Source: Candidatus Krumholzibacteriia bacterium (GTDB lineage: Bacteria > Krumholzibacteriota > Krumholzibacteriia > LZORAL124-64-63). Taken from it: a stretch of DNA of 64,000 nt. Below, one piece after another: positions 28,369 through 36,962 of this stretch; positions within the stretch are counted from its first letter, which is position 1; every line of letters begins with the position of its first letter. The stretch covers positions 8,277 to 72,276 of the forward strand of contig JAYRFB010000236.1 in NCBI GenBank assembly GCA_041908585.1, read 5' to 3'. Position numbers and translations under genes: made by a program. The notes beneath the pieces are model-generated. The model did not search any database and was not told where the DNA came from. It saw only the letters and a list, made by a program, of their open reading frames with translations.

Positions 28369-29565
28369 ATGGAGACACGCAGGGTCTACCAGGCCATCGT
28401 CGAGGACCATCTGGAGCAGCATCGCCAGATGATCTTCGTCTCGGGTCCCCGTCAGGTGGGCAAGACCACCATCTGCCGCGGCCGGGCCGACCTTTACCTG
28501 GACTGGGACAACGAGGACCACCGCGCCGTGGTGCTGGCGGGGCCGGGGGCCGTCGCGCGCCGCGCCGGGCTGGAGGGGCTGGTCACGCGGGCGCCGGTGA
28601 TCGCCTTCGACGAACTGCACCGCTACCGGCGCTGGCGGGGATTCCTGAAGGGATTCTTCGACACCTACGAGCAGCGCTCGCGCGTCCTGGTCACCGGCTC
28701 GTCGCGCCTGGACCAGTATCGGCGAGGCGGCGACAGCCTGATGGGACGCTACTTCCCGCTGCGCATGCATCCGTTCAGCGTGGCGGAGTTGACGTCGCCG
28801 ACCCTGCCGTCGCAACCGGTGCGCGCGCCCGCCGCGCTGGCTGACGCGGACTGGCAGGCGCTGTGGGACCACGGCGGCTTCCCCGAGCCGTTCACGCGCC
28901 GCGCCGCCACCTTCACCACGCGCTGGCGCAACCTGCGCCGCACGCAGCTGCTGCGCGAGGACGTGCGCGACCTCACGCGCATCCAGGAGCTCGACCAGCT
29001 CGACATGCTCGAGCGCCTGCTGACGGACCGCTCGGGCGAACAGCTCGTCTACAGCTCGCTGGCCCGCGAGGTGCGCGTGAGCGAGAACACGATCCGGTCG
29101 TGGGTCGGCACGCTGTGCTCGCTGCACCACGGTTTCGTGGTCCGGCCCTGGTCGAAGAGCCTGACAGGAACTCTGCGCAAGGAGCCCCGCTGGTACCTGC
29201 GCGACTGGTCCGGCGTCGCCGACCCGGGCAAGCGCTTCGAGACGCTCTGCGCCTGCCACCTGCTCAAGGCCGTCGAGGGCTGGACGGACCTGGGCCTCGG
29301 CGAGTTCGAGTTGCGCTACATCCGCGACCGCCAGGGCCGCGAGGTCGATTTCGTCGTGGTGCGCGACGGCCGACCGTGGTTCCTGGCCGAAGCGAAGCTG
29401 TCGGACACCCGGCTGACGCCGGCCCTCCGGTCGTACCACGAGAAGACGGGTGCGCCGCACGCTTTCCAGATCGTGGCCGAGCTGCCCTTCGTCGATGCCG
29501 ACGCCTTCGCGCCGACCGGGCCCGTGGTGGTCCCGGCGCGCACGCTGTTGTCCCAGTTGCTGTAA
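28369..29565 (+). CDS. AAA+ ATPase (AAA_14-like) with DUF4143-type C-terminal region carrying a PD-(D/E)xK-like motif
   Basis: Start METRRVYQ. Walker A is FVSGPRQVGKTT and Walker B-like is VIAFDELH. The C-terminus reads GREVDFVVVRDGRPWFLAEAKLSD (D...E-x-K nuclease-like pattern). It lies 11 nt upstream of the next gene. Confidence 0.85.
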   Translation: METRRVYQAIVEDHLEQHRQMIFVSGPRQVGKTTICRGRADLYLDWDNEDHRAVVLAGPGAVARRAGLEGLVTRAPVIAFDELHRYRRWRGFLKGFFDTYEQRSRVLVTGSSRLDQYRRGGDSLMGRYFPLRMHPFSVAELTSPTLPSQPVRAPAALADADWQALWDHGGFPEPFTRRAATFTTRWRNLRRTQLLREDVRDLTRIQELDQLDMLERLLTDRSGEQLVYSSLAREVRVSENTIRSWVGTLCSLHHGFVVRPWSKSLTGTLRKEPRWYLRDWSGVADPGKRFETLCACHLLKAVEGWTDLGLGEFELRYIRDRQGREVDFVVVRDGRPWFLAEAKLSDTRLTPALRSYHEKTGAPHAFQIVAELPFVDADAFAPTGPVVVPARTLLSQLL

Positions 29566-29576
29566 GGGAGAGGCCC

Positions 29577-31394
29577 ATGATCCCCCGCCTCCAGGACTTC
29601 CTCCAGGGCCAGCACCCGTTCACGCTGCTGACCGAGAGCGAGCGCGAGCGCGTCGAGGCCGCCGCCACCGCCCGCGCGTTCCCCGACGGCGCGCGCATCC
29701 TGGAACAGGACGGTCCGCAGAGCACGTGCCTGTACCTGCTGGCCGGCGGCCAGGCGCGCCTGGTGCGCGACGGCGAGGAGCTGCAGGTGCTGGAGGAGGG
29801 CGACTGCTTCGGCTACCCGTCGATGATCAGCCGCTCGGCGCCCGCCTTCGACGTGGTGGCCACGGGTGAGGTGCGGGTCCACTGCGTGCCGGAAGCGGTG
29901 TTCCGCGGCCTGCTGGGCAACCGCGACTTCGCCGAGTTCTTCCTGCAGAGCCTGGGCGAGCGCCTGCGGCGCGTGACCGCCGGCGGCGTGACCGCGCTGG
30001 GCGGCGAGCTGACCACCGAGCTGGGCGACCTCGAGCTGCGCCGCGTCGTGCGCGTGGCCCCCGGCGCCACCGTGCAGCAGGCCGCCCGCGCGATGCGCGA
30101 CGCGCGCGACGACTTCGCGCTGGTCGGCGACGACGGCGACGAGATGCCGGGCATCGTCACCGACCACGACTTCCAGGTGAAGGTGCTGGCCGAGGGGCTG
30201 GGCCCGGACACCCCGGTAGCGCGCGTGATGACGCGCCCGCTCAAGACCCTGACCGCCGACACGCCCGTGCACGGCGCGCTGCTCTACATGCTCGAGGAGC
30301 GCATCCACCACCTGCCGGTGGTGCGCGACGGCGGCATCATCGGCGTGCTGACGGCCACCGACCTGCTGCGCCACCAGACCACCAACCCGCTCTATCTCAT
30401 GCGCCGCCTGGACCACCTGGACCGCGGCGAGTCTCTGGCCGCCTACGGGCGCGACGCCGCGGCGATGGTCGAACGCCTGTTCCGCGGCGGCCTGAAGGTG
30501 GGGCAGATCGGCCGCGTCTTCGCCAGCCTGAACGACGCGCTCATCCGCCGGCTGTGCAGGCTGGCCGAGGCCGAGCTGGGCCCGCCGCCGTGTCCCTATG
30601 CGTGGCTGGTCTTCGGTTCGGAAGGGCGGATGGAGCAGGCGCTGCTGACCGACCAGGACAACGCGCTGGTCTACGGCGACGACACGGCCGCGGCGAAGGA
30701 CTACTTCGCGAAGCTGGCCGCGCTGGTCGTCGCCGACCTGGTCACCGCCGGCTTCCCGCCCTGCCCCGGCGGCTGCATGGCCACCAACTGGAACCGGCCG
30801 CTGGGCGCGTGGCTGGAGACGGTGCGCGGCTGGATCGACGAGCCGACGCCCGACAATCTCATGGTCTCGTCGATCTTCTTCGACTTCCGCGCCGTCGCCG
30901 GCGCGCTGGATGTGGCGCCGCTGGCCGACCTGGCGGCCGGCGCCGCCGGCAACCAGCTCTTCATGGCGCACCTGGCGCGCGTCTCGCTGCGCTTCAAGCC
31001 GCCGCTGGGCCTGTTCCAGCAGATCCAGGCCACCGACGACAAGGTCGACCTGAAGAAGCGCGCCATCGCGCCGGTGGTCGCGGCCGCGCGCGTCTGGGGC
31101 CTGGAGGCGGGCACGCGCGCGCGTCCGACGCGCGAGCGCCTCGAGACCGCGATCGAGGCCGGCGTGGTCAGCCGCGACCTGGGCCAGACGCTGATCGAGA
31201 CCTACCGCTTCCTGCTGCAGCTGCGGCTGCGCGAGCAGCTGGCCGCGCTCGAGCGCGGCGAAGCGCCCGGCAACGACGTCAACGTCAAGGCGCTCTCTTC
31301 GCTGCAGCGACGGCACTTGAAGGACGCGTTCGGGGCGATCCGCGAGATGCAGGGGGCCGTGGCGCAGCGGTACCGGACGAACATGCTGGGGTGA
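29577..31394 (+). CDS. cNMP-binding / CBS-pair / DUF294 putative nucleotidyltransferase signalling protein
   Basis: 605 aa with strong RBS AAGGGAGAGG. It has an N-terminal cyclic-nucleotide-binding fold (EGDCFGYPSMI), two CBS motifs, a GlnD-like NTase region (WLVFGSEGRMEQALLTDQDNALVY) and a DUF294_C-like tail. Confidence 0.9.
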   Translation: MIPRLQDFLQGQHPFTLLTESERERVEAAATARAFPDGARILEQDGPQSTCLYLLAGGQARLVRDGEELQVLEEGDCFGYPSMISRSAPAFDVVATGEVRVHCVPEAVFRGLLGNRDFAEFFLQSLGERLRRVTAGGVTALGGELTTELGDLELRRVVRVAPGATVQQAARAMRDARDDFALVGDDGDEMPGIVTDHDFQVKVLAEGLGPDTPVARVMTRPLKTLTADTPVHGALLYMLEERIHHLPVVRDGGIIGVLTATDLLRHQTTNPLYLMRRLDHLDRGESLAAYGRDAAAMVERLFRGGLKVGQIGRVFASLNDALIRRLCRLAEAELGPPPCPYAWLVFGSEGRMEQALLTDQDNALVYGDDTAAAKDYFAKLAALVVADLVTAGFPPCPGGCMATNWNRPLGAWLETVRGWIDEPTPDNLMVSSIFFDFRAVAGALDVAPLADLAAGAAGNQLFMAHLARVSLRFKPPLGLFQQIQATDDKVDLKKRAIAPVVAAARVWGLEAGTRARPTRERLETAIEAGVVSRDLGQTLIETYRFLLQLRLREQLAALERGEAPGNDVNVKALSSLQRRHLKDAFGAIREMQGAVAQRYRTNMLG

Positions 31395-31452
31395 GGCGGC
31401 GGGGCGGGGGCGCGCGCGGGGTGTCGGCGCGGGGGTGCGCATTCCGCGGACT

Positions 31453-31500
31453 GGTTGATATGTCAACCATCCGCCGGAAGGGACCTGCGGATGAAGAGGC
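31453..31500 (+). repeat. 48-nt intergenic element, copy a
   Basis: GGTTGATATGTCAACCATCCGCCGGAAGGGACCTGCGGATGAAGAGGC. It has a 6-4-6 palindrome followed by a conserved tail, and lies 233 nt upstream of the secreted-protein gene. Confidence 0.8.
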
Positions 31501-31513
31501 CCTTTCTGCGGAC

Positions 31514-31527
31514 GTGCGCCGGCGCAC
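31514..31527. repeat. REP-like palindrome, GTGCGCCGGCGCAC variant
   Basis: A perfect 14-bp palindrome 14 nt after element copy a. Confidence 0.7.
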
Positions 31528-31732
31528 ACCGCTAACCGAAAGAAAAATGGCGAGATAGATCCAATGAAGGGCGCGCGGGTCGCCGCCCCATTGAAACGAC
31601 CCTATCATGTGCGAGCTTCGGCCGCTCCGCCCCAGCGGAAGCCGGCCGTTCGAGGCCGCCTGCGGGCGCGCCTCCTCCGCGCCCGCGGTTCCCCCAGCGG
31701 TCTCGTGTCCATGTCGCGACAGGAGGCCCAAG

Positions 31733-32341
31733 ATGAGATTGACCGCCATCGTATCCTGTCTGCTGCTGCTGGTGGCCGCGCCGTGCGCGCTGGCCGTCGT
31801 CGTCGGCGGGGACTTCGACAGCCAGCCCCCCGGCCCCTATACCGGCGGCGCCACCGTGCAGCCGCCCGGCTCACCCGGCGTGCAGGTCGTGCCCGACAAC
31901 CAGGGCTACGCCGGCGCGCCGAGCCTCGGCGACGGCTCGGGCAACATGCTGCGCATCGACAACCTGAGCGGCCCGGGGCCCATCACCGTCACCTTCGTCT
32001 TCTACTGCGACGTGATCCCCGACAACCTCTGCCGCATCGGGTACACCTACGCCGCCGCGGCCTGGGACATCTACTCCGGGTTCGGCGTGTACGTGGACGA
32101 TCCCACGCTCACCAACCCCGACGACCTGTGGGAGCCGCCGGTCGGCTTCCCGCCCAGCACGGTCGGGCCGGGCGACAACCACGAGAACGCCGGCGACTGC
32201 GACGGCACGACGCACACCATCACGTTCGTCGTGGCCCCGGGCACGGTCCTGCACCTGGACAACATGGCCACCGAATGCCTGGAGAACCCGGTCGGCGACG
32301 AACAGCACAGCTGGGGTGCGTTGAAGGCGTGGTACCGGTAA
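31733..32341 (+). CDS. Secreted hypothetical protein ending in SWGALKAWYR
   Basis: Start MRLTAIVSCLLLLVAAPCALA (AGGAGG upstream). 202 aa, with no motif recognised. It is flanked by copies a and b of the 48-nt intergenic element. Confidence 0.7.
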   Translation: MRLTAIVSCLLLLVAAPCALAVVVGGDFDSQPPGPYTGGATVQPPGSPGVQVVPDNQGYAGAPSLGDGSGNMLRIDNLSGPGPITVTFVFYCDVIPDNLCRIGYTYAAAAWDIYSGFGVYVDDPTLTNPDDLWEPPVGFPPSTVGPGDNHENAGDCDGTTHTITFVVAPGTVLHLDNMATECLENPVGDEQHSWGALKAWYR

Positions 32342-32342
32342 C

Positions 32343-32390
32343 GTCGATGCATCAACCATCCGCCAAGGCGGACCTGCTACGAGAGAGACC
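32343..32390 (+). repeat. 48-nt intergenic element, copy b (most diverged)
   Basis: GTCGATGCATCAACCATCCGCCAAGGCGGACCTGCTACGAGAGAGACC. It starts 2 nt after the stop of the secreted-protein gene and runs into the terminator stem. Confidence 0.7.
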
Positions 32391-32420
32391 GGCCGCGCTG
32401 CCGTAGCCGCGCGGCCGGTC
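32387..32420. terminator. Strong bidirectional-type terminator hairpin between convergent genes
   Basis: GACCGGCCGCGC-TGCCGTAGCC-GCGCGGCCGGTC gives a 12-bp perfect stem, followed by TTCCGTTTG. Confidence 0.7.
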
Positions 32421-32440
32421 TTCCGTTTGCGGCGTCCGGC

Positions 32441-33700
32441 CTAGAAGGCGGCCAGGAAGCGCATCTGCAGCACGCTGAAGTCGTAGTCGGGCGTCAGGTC
32501 GTCGCGGCGGCCCATGGCGGTCTCGCCGTTGTTGACCAGGCTGTAGTCCAGGTAGATGCGGATGTTGGCGTTGGCGTAGTAGTTCAGGCCCAGGGTGATG
32601 ATGTTCGCCGTGCCGCCCTCGATGTCCTTGTCGTCCAGGTCCAGCGTCGAGTAGCGGGCGGCCAGTTCCCAGGCGCCGCTCTCGGCCTTGGGAACCACGC
32701 GGCCGAACTCGGCGGTGGTGCTGTCGTACGGATGGGTGTCGTCGGTCAGGAAGTAGGTCGCGTAGACGTAGCCGCCGCCGAATCCCACGTCCTCCAGGTC
32801 GTCCAGACGCGTGACGCTGGCCATCATGTACTCGCCCTGGGCGTAGAAGCGCTTGTTGACGTAGGCCAGTTCGCCGCCCATGACGTTGTACTTGTCCACG
32901 TCCTCGATGTCGTCGGTGTCGGTGAACTTGACATCGCCGACGTAGCTCTCCGGACGCACGTCGAAGCGGACCTCGCCGCTGTCGAAGTCGGTCTTGCGCA
33001 GGGCCGCCGAGGCGCCCAGCAGCAGCACGCTCTCGTCGTTCCGGATGGGCGTGTAGTTGAAGCGCGCCGCGAAGTTGATGGTCTCGTCATCGTCCTTCTC
33101 GAAGTCCGCCACGTCGGCGCCGAACATCGAGGCGGCCAGGCGCCAGTCGGCGTCCCAGCGGGCGATCTCGATGCCCATGCGGCGCCCGACCACGAACGGA
33201 TCGGTGCCGAAGCTGCGCTCCATGAACACCAGGTTACGGCTGGTGAAGTTCTCCTCCAAGCCGAACGGCTGACGGAAGTTGCCGACGCGCACGTGGCCCA
33301 TGCCGTCGAAGAGGCCGCGGTAGGCCATGTAGATGTCCTTGACGGCGACCGTCTCCTCGGCGAAGTCGAAATCCGCCTCGGCGTACCAGTCGTTCCACAG
33401 CTCCGCCTTCAGCGCGAAGCGGGCCCGGCGCAGCAGCGTGCCGCCGGACATGTCCTGGATCTCCTCTTCCTCGTCCTGGTAGAGGGTCTTGTCCTCGTCC
33501 TCCATGTAGGTGGCCACGTCGATGTAGGCGCGGGCATCCACCCACCACTTGAAGGCGCCGTCGGTCGACTTCCAGACCAGGATCCCGTCCTCGCTGGCGG
33601 CCTTGAGATCCGTCTCACCCGCGGCGGCGACCAGCGGCATCGCCATGACGGCGAGCGCGACCACGACCAGGGTCAGCTTGGCGAACAACTTGCGCATCAC
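32441..33700 (-). CDS. Phosphate-selective porin O/P family outer-membrane protein
   Basis: 419 aa with a signal peptide. Family-typical segments are LLRRARFALKAEL, VGNFRQPFGLEE, GAWELAARYSTLDLDD and ITLGLNYYANANIRIYLDY. The C-terminal residue is Phe. Confidence 0.85.
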   Translation of the reverse strand: MMRKLFAKLTLVVVALAVMAMPLVAAAGETDLKAASEDGILVWKSTDGAFKWWVDARAYIDVATYMEDEDKTLYQDEEEEIQDMSGGTLLRRARFALKAELWNDWYAEADFDFAEETVAVKDIYMAYRGLFDGMGHVRVGNFRQPFGLEENFTSRNLVFMERSFGTDPFVVGRRMGIEIARWDADWRLAASMFGADVADFEKDDDETINFAARFNYTPIRNDESVLLLGASAALRKTDFDSGEVRFDVRPESYVGDVKFTDTDDIEDVDKYNVMGGELAYVNKRFYAQGEYMMASVTRLDDLEDVGFGGGYVYATYFLTDDTHPYDSTTAEFGRVVPKAESGAWELAARYSTLDLDDKDIEGGTANIITLGLNYYANANIRIYLDYSLVNNGETAMGRRDDLTPDYDFSVLQMRFLAAF

Positions 33701-33854
33701 GTTCTCTCCTTCGTTGACGTGCTACTCCGGGACCGCCGCGACGGCGACGAGCGGGGCCGACGCGCGCGATCCCACCGGGGACCTGTCTTTCGCTTGCTCC
33801 TCGGTCTGTCGTGGACGACAGGCGGCGCGGACGCCGCCGAGGACGTCCGTGTCT

Positions 33855-34661
33855 CTATCGTCGCGCCGCGGCGTCCAGCAGGCCGCGATTGAACACCAGG
33901 TACAGGACCGCCAGAGCGCCGCCTACCAGCAGCGGCAGCAGGCCGCGCCGCACGGGTCGCGCCTCGAGGCGGAACATCGCCGCGCCGGTCGGTCGCAGCA
34001 TCGGCGCCGCGATCTCGAACGTGCCGCTGTCGCCCCGGCGCCCGATCGTGAACGGCGGCTGCGGGTTCTTGTTCGAATCGAACGACGGCGTCGTGGCGCC
34101 GACGGACTCGACCAGCAGGCCGGGCGGCAGGACCAGAGCCAGCCGGAAATCCCCCAGCACGAACCGCGAGCTGTTGACCCACTCGCGCCGCAGCTTGTGC
34201 ACGCCGAACTGCGCGCGGCTGCCCTTCTCGTCGTACCAGCCCGGCACGACGGCGCGCAACACGATCGTGTCGCCAGGCGCCGCTCCCGGCAGCAGCTGCA
34301 GGTTCCAGTGGGGCATGCCGGCCACCGCCACCACGGGCAGCGGCAGGCTGTCGACGCCGGCGCCGAACGCCGCCGGGCCCCGCACGATCTGGTGGTCACG
34401 GCCGCCCCCGGTTTGCCAAGGCAGCAGGAGGTCCAACGAACCGCCTCGCCCGAGGACGACCGTGACCGAAACGATTGCGTCGCCGCGCGCGTCGACGACC
34501 AACTCGTCGCGGTACGCCGTCAGCGTATCAGCGGGAACGCCGACGGCCGGCGCCGCTGCCACCGCCGCCCGCGCGCCGCCCGCCAGCAGCAGCGCCACGA
34601 ACAGCGTGGTGGCCGACAGTGCGGCCAGCGCCAGCAGGATGCCCACGCGGCGCGCCCGCAT
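33855..34661 (-). CDS. Hypothetical bitopic membrane protein (N-terminal signal/anchor, C-terminal TM)
   Basis: 268 aa. The ATG overlaps the stop of the upstream permease (ATGA at 34661). The ectodomain is beta-rich. No motif recognised. Confidence 0.65.
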   Translation of the reverse strand: MRARRVGILLALAALSATTLFVALLLAGGARAAVAAAPAVGVPADTLTAYRDELVVDARGDAIVSVTVVLGRGGSLDLLLPWQTGGGRDHQIVRGPAAFGAGVDSLPLPVVAVAGMPHWNLQLLPGAAPGDTIVLRAVVPGWYDEKGSRAQFGVHKLRREWVNSSRFVLGDFRLALVLPPGLLVESVGATTPSFDSNKNPQPPFTIGRRGDSGTFEIAAPMLRPTGAAMFRLEARPVRRGLLPLLVGGALAVLYLVFNRGLLDAAARR

Positions 34662-36226
34662 CAGTTGAACCCCGGCGTCACGCCCAGCACGCGGAACCAC
34701 GTGAAGCCCGCGACGATGAGCAGCAGCGTGCCGACCGTGGTCATGATCAAACCGTACTTCAGGCTCTCGAGGACCGAGTACTGCCCGGTCGCGAACAGGA
34801 TCACGTTCGGCTTGGCGTTGATCGGCAGCGAAATGACCCAGTCGATGGTGAAGGCCGACGGCAGCGCCAGCCAGAGCGGGTCGAAGCCCAGGTTCTGCGC
34901 GATCGCGATCACGAAGGGGATAAAGATCAACGTGCGCATCGTCTTGCTGGTGAAGAACAGGTGGCTGAACATGTTCACGGCGATGACGATGCAGTAGACG
35001 ACCCAGAAGTTGACGCCGGGCCTGATGTCCATGGCCGCGAAGAGCTGTCCGACCAGCCAGCGCGCGGCCCCGGTGTCGTTCAGCGCCAGGCCGCCAGCGT
35101 AGGCGCCGCAGGAGAACAGCATCAGGTGCCACGGGATGTCGGCTTCGTTCCACTTCAGCAGGCCGAGCCGGGGCGCCAGCGCGATGATGCCGCCCAGGAA
35201 CGCCGCCATGACGGCCGAGACCTCGAAGCCGAACATCGACATGTGCAGCTTGTCGGTCACCCACAGCAGGACGACCACGCCGAAGATCGACGCGGCCTTC
35301 TTCTCGGCGCCGGTGACCGGACCCATCTCGTGCAGCTTGGCCTGCATGCGCTCGATGCCGCCCTCGACCACCGGCTGACGGTGCTCCGGCTTCACGGGGA
35401 AGACGAAACGCGGCCCGATCCACCAGCTGATCAGCGCGGCGACGAGCACCACGGGCAGCGCGGCGAAAAGCCAGTCGGTGTAGTAGACGCGCGAGCCGCC
35501 CATCGAGAGGATGAATGCCACGGCGATCAGGTTGGCGTTCGAGCCCGTCATGTAGCCGCTGGACCCGAAGTTGATGCCTTGCAGGTTCTGCAGGAACAGG
35601 TTGCGCCCGAAGTTGTTCGGTTCGCGGTTGCTGGCGCCGTAGATGCTGGCCACGACCAGCATGATCGGCAGCAGGATGGCCGCGCGCGCCGCCGTGGCCG
35701 GGATGAAGGCCGCCAGGAAGATGTTCAGCGCGAAGAACGCCAGCAGGATCCACTTCGCGCTGCGCCCGAAGCGCACGATCATGGCCAGGGCGATGCGCTT
35801 GGCGAGGTTCGTCTTGACGAGCATCGACGAGAGGATGAACGCCAGCACGTTCAGCCAGATCACGCCGTAGCCGAGGACGCCCAGCACCTGTTCCTCGGGC
35901 CAGCCGTTGCAGAAGACCAGCAGCGCCATGAGCACCAGGCTCGTGACGTAGGTGGGCATGGGCTCGGTGACCCACCAGACCAGCGCCGCCGCGAAGCAGG
36001 CGATCACGGCCTGGCCCGCCGTGGTGAGCCCGGCCGGCGTCGGCATGTAGTACAGCGCCAGGAACACGGCGACGCCGACCGGGAAGCCCAGGTAGCGCAT
36101 CCACTGCTGGCCGGCGGTGGCCTTCTTCTCCGGGATCTCGCTCAGCTTGTTGCGCGAGAGGTCCAGGAGCTCGTCGATCCCGCCGGTGGCCGTCCCGCGC
36201 GGGGCGGCGACGCTGTCGGCGCTCAT
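34661..36226 (-). CDS. DASS/SLC13-type anion permease (ArsB/NhaD superfamily)
   Basis: 521 aa and polytopic. The segment MPTPAGLTTAGQAVIACFAAALVWWVTEPMP and repeated hairpin-type segments are typical of divalent-anion:Na+ symporters. Confidence 0.8.
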   Translation of the reverse strand: MSADSVAAPRGTATGGIDELLDLSRNKLSEIPEKKATAGQQWMRYLGFPVGVAVFLALYYMPTPAGLTTAGQAVIACFAAALVWWVTEPMPTYVTSLVLMALLVFCNGWPEEQVLGVLGYGVIWLNVLAFILSSMLVKTNLAKRIALAMIVRFGRSAKWILLAFFALNIFLAAFIPATAARAAILLPIMLVVASIYGASNREPNNFGRNLFLQNLQGINFGSSGYMTGSNANLIAVAFILSMGGSRVYYTDWLFAALPVVLVAALISWWIGPRFVFPVKPEHRQPVVEGGIERMQAKLHEMGPVTGAEKKAASIFGVVVLLWVTDKLHMSMFGFEVSAVMAAFLGGIIALAPRLGLLKWNEADIPWHLMLFSCGAYAGGLALNDTGAARWLVGQLFAAMDIRPGVNFWVVYCIVIAVNMFSHLFFTSKTMRTLIFIPFVIAIAQNLGFDPLWLALPSAFTIDWVISLPINAKPNVILFATGQYSVLESLKYGLIMTTVGTLLLIVAGFTWFRVLGVTPGFN

Positions 36227-36233
36227 GCGGCTC

Positions 36234-36695
36234 CTACCACGTCGAGAACGGCCTGGCGATCAGGTTGCTGTTGAAGTAGCGCGGATCGCCCGTCACCTCG
36301 TCGCCCACCCACTCCGGCTTGTCCACCGCCTGGTCCTCGGATTGCAGCTCGCACTCGGCCACGGTCAGGCCCTGGTTCGCGCCATGAAACTCGTCGATCT
36401 CCCAGACCAGGCCGCCGTGCGGCACCTTGTAGCGCGTCTTCTCGACCAGCGGCTGCTCGCACATCGCCAGCAGTTGCCTGGCGTCGTCCAGGGGGATCTC
36501 GTACTCGAACTCGGCGCGCGTGGCGCCCACGGTCACACCCTTGATGGTCAGCGCGGCCTTGTCGCCCATGGTGCGCACGCGGACCACGCGCTCCTTGGCG
36601 GAGTTGAGGTAGCCCTGGCGGAAGAGGGTCCCCGGCGCCAGCGCCTTGTAGGCATCGCTGCGGACCAGGTACTTGCGCTCGATCTCCTTGCCCAT
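36234..36695 (-). CDS. CYTH-domain protein (inorganic triphosphatase / class IV cyclase superfamily)
   Basis: Start MGKEIERKYLV, the canonical E-x-E-x-K motif. It continues RVRTMGDKAALTIKG...EFEYEI...VEKTRY...WEIDEF...LTVAECE. 153 aa. Confidence 0.85.
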   Translation of the reverse strand: MGKEIERKYLVRSDAYKALAPGTLFRQGYLNSAKERVVRVRTMGDKAALTIKGVTVGATRAEFEYEIPLDDARQLLAMCEQPLVEKTRYKVPHGGLVWEIDEFHGANQGLTVAECELQSEDQAVDKPEWVGDEVTGDPRYFNSNLIARPFSTW

Positions 36696-36780
36696 GCCGT
36701 CTCCTGGGGTCAGGCCCGCCGGCGGCGCGCAGGCAATCGGTTCGCGGAAGCGGCAACCCGCCCGGGCGCCACCGGTCGGC

Positions 36781-36796
36781 TGCAATGGCCGTGCCC
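36781..36796 (-). promoter_or_regulatory. Sigma-54 (-24/-12) promoter for the CYTH-DASS-unknown-porin operon
   Basis: The minus strand reads gGGCACG-GCCA-TTGCA against the consensus TGGCACG-N4-TTGCW (15 of 16 positions, correct GG-N10-GC spacing). It lies about 85 nt upstream of the CYTH start codon at 36695. Confidence 0.75.
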
Positions 36797-36869
36797 CAGG
36801 CCCCCTCCGCTGCAATCGACGGGTTGACAACGGGTTCCGAATGGTCCATGGTGCGCCGGGCACGGAGGC

Positions 36870-36906
36870 GGCGAAATTTCGCCAGCGAGACCGGCGAACG
36901 GTCGCC
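36870..36906. promoter_or_regulatory. Paired palindromes GGCGA-N4-TCGCC; candidate enhancer (UAS) for the NtrC-type regulator
   Basis: GGCGAAATTTCGCC (36870..36883) and GGCGAACGGTCGCC (36893..36906) are 23 bp apart centre to centre. They lie 75-125 nt upstream of the -24/-12 element on the minus strand. Confidence 0.6.
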
Positions 36907-36962
36907 AGGTGGAAGATCGAGCGCGGGCCCGACGTCGGGCACCGCGGGGGCGGGTGACAGCC

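Noticed and set aside
31453-31558. The 48-nt element read as a small peptide gene (the VD.STIRRKGPA... frames look similar between copies).
   Set aside because: The similarity follows from DNA conservation and the palindrome (the same peptide appears on both strands). Start codons are not conserved, and differences are not concentrated at third positions.
36938-36951. GGCAC-N5-GGGC, a sigma-54-like element upstream of the PhnD-like gene.
   Set aside because: The -12 region is poor. The element ends only 12 nt before the start codon, leaving no room for a normal leader. It is probably chance in GC-rich DNA.
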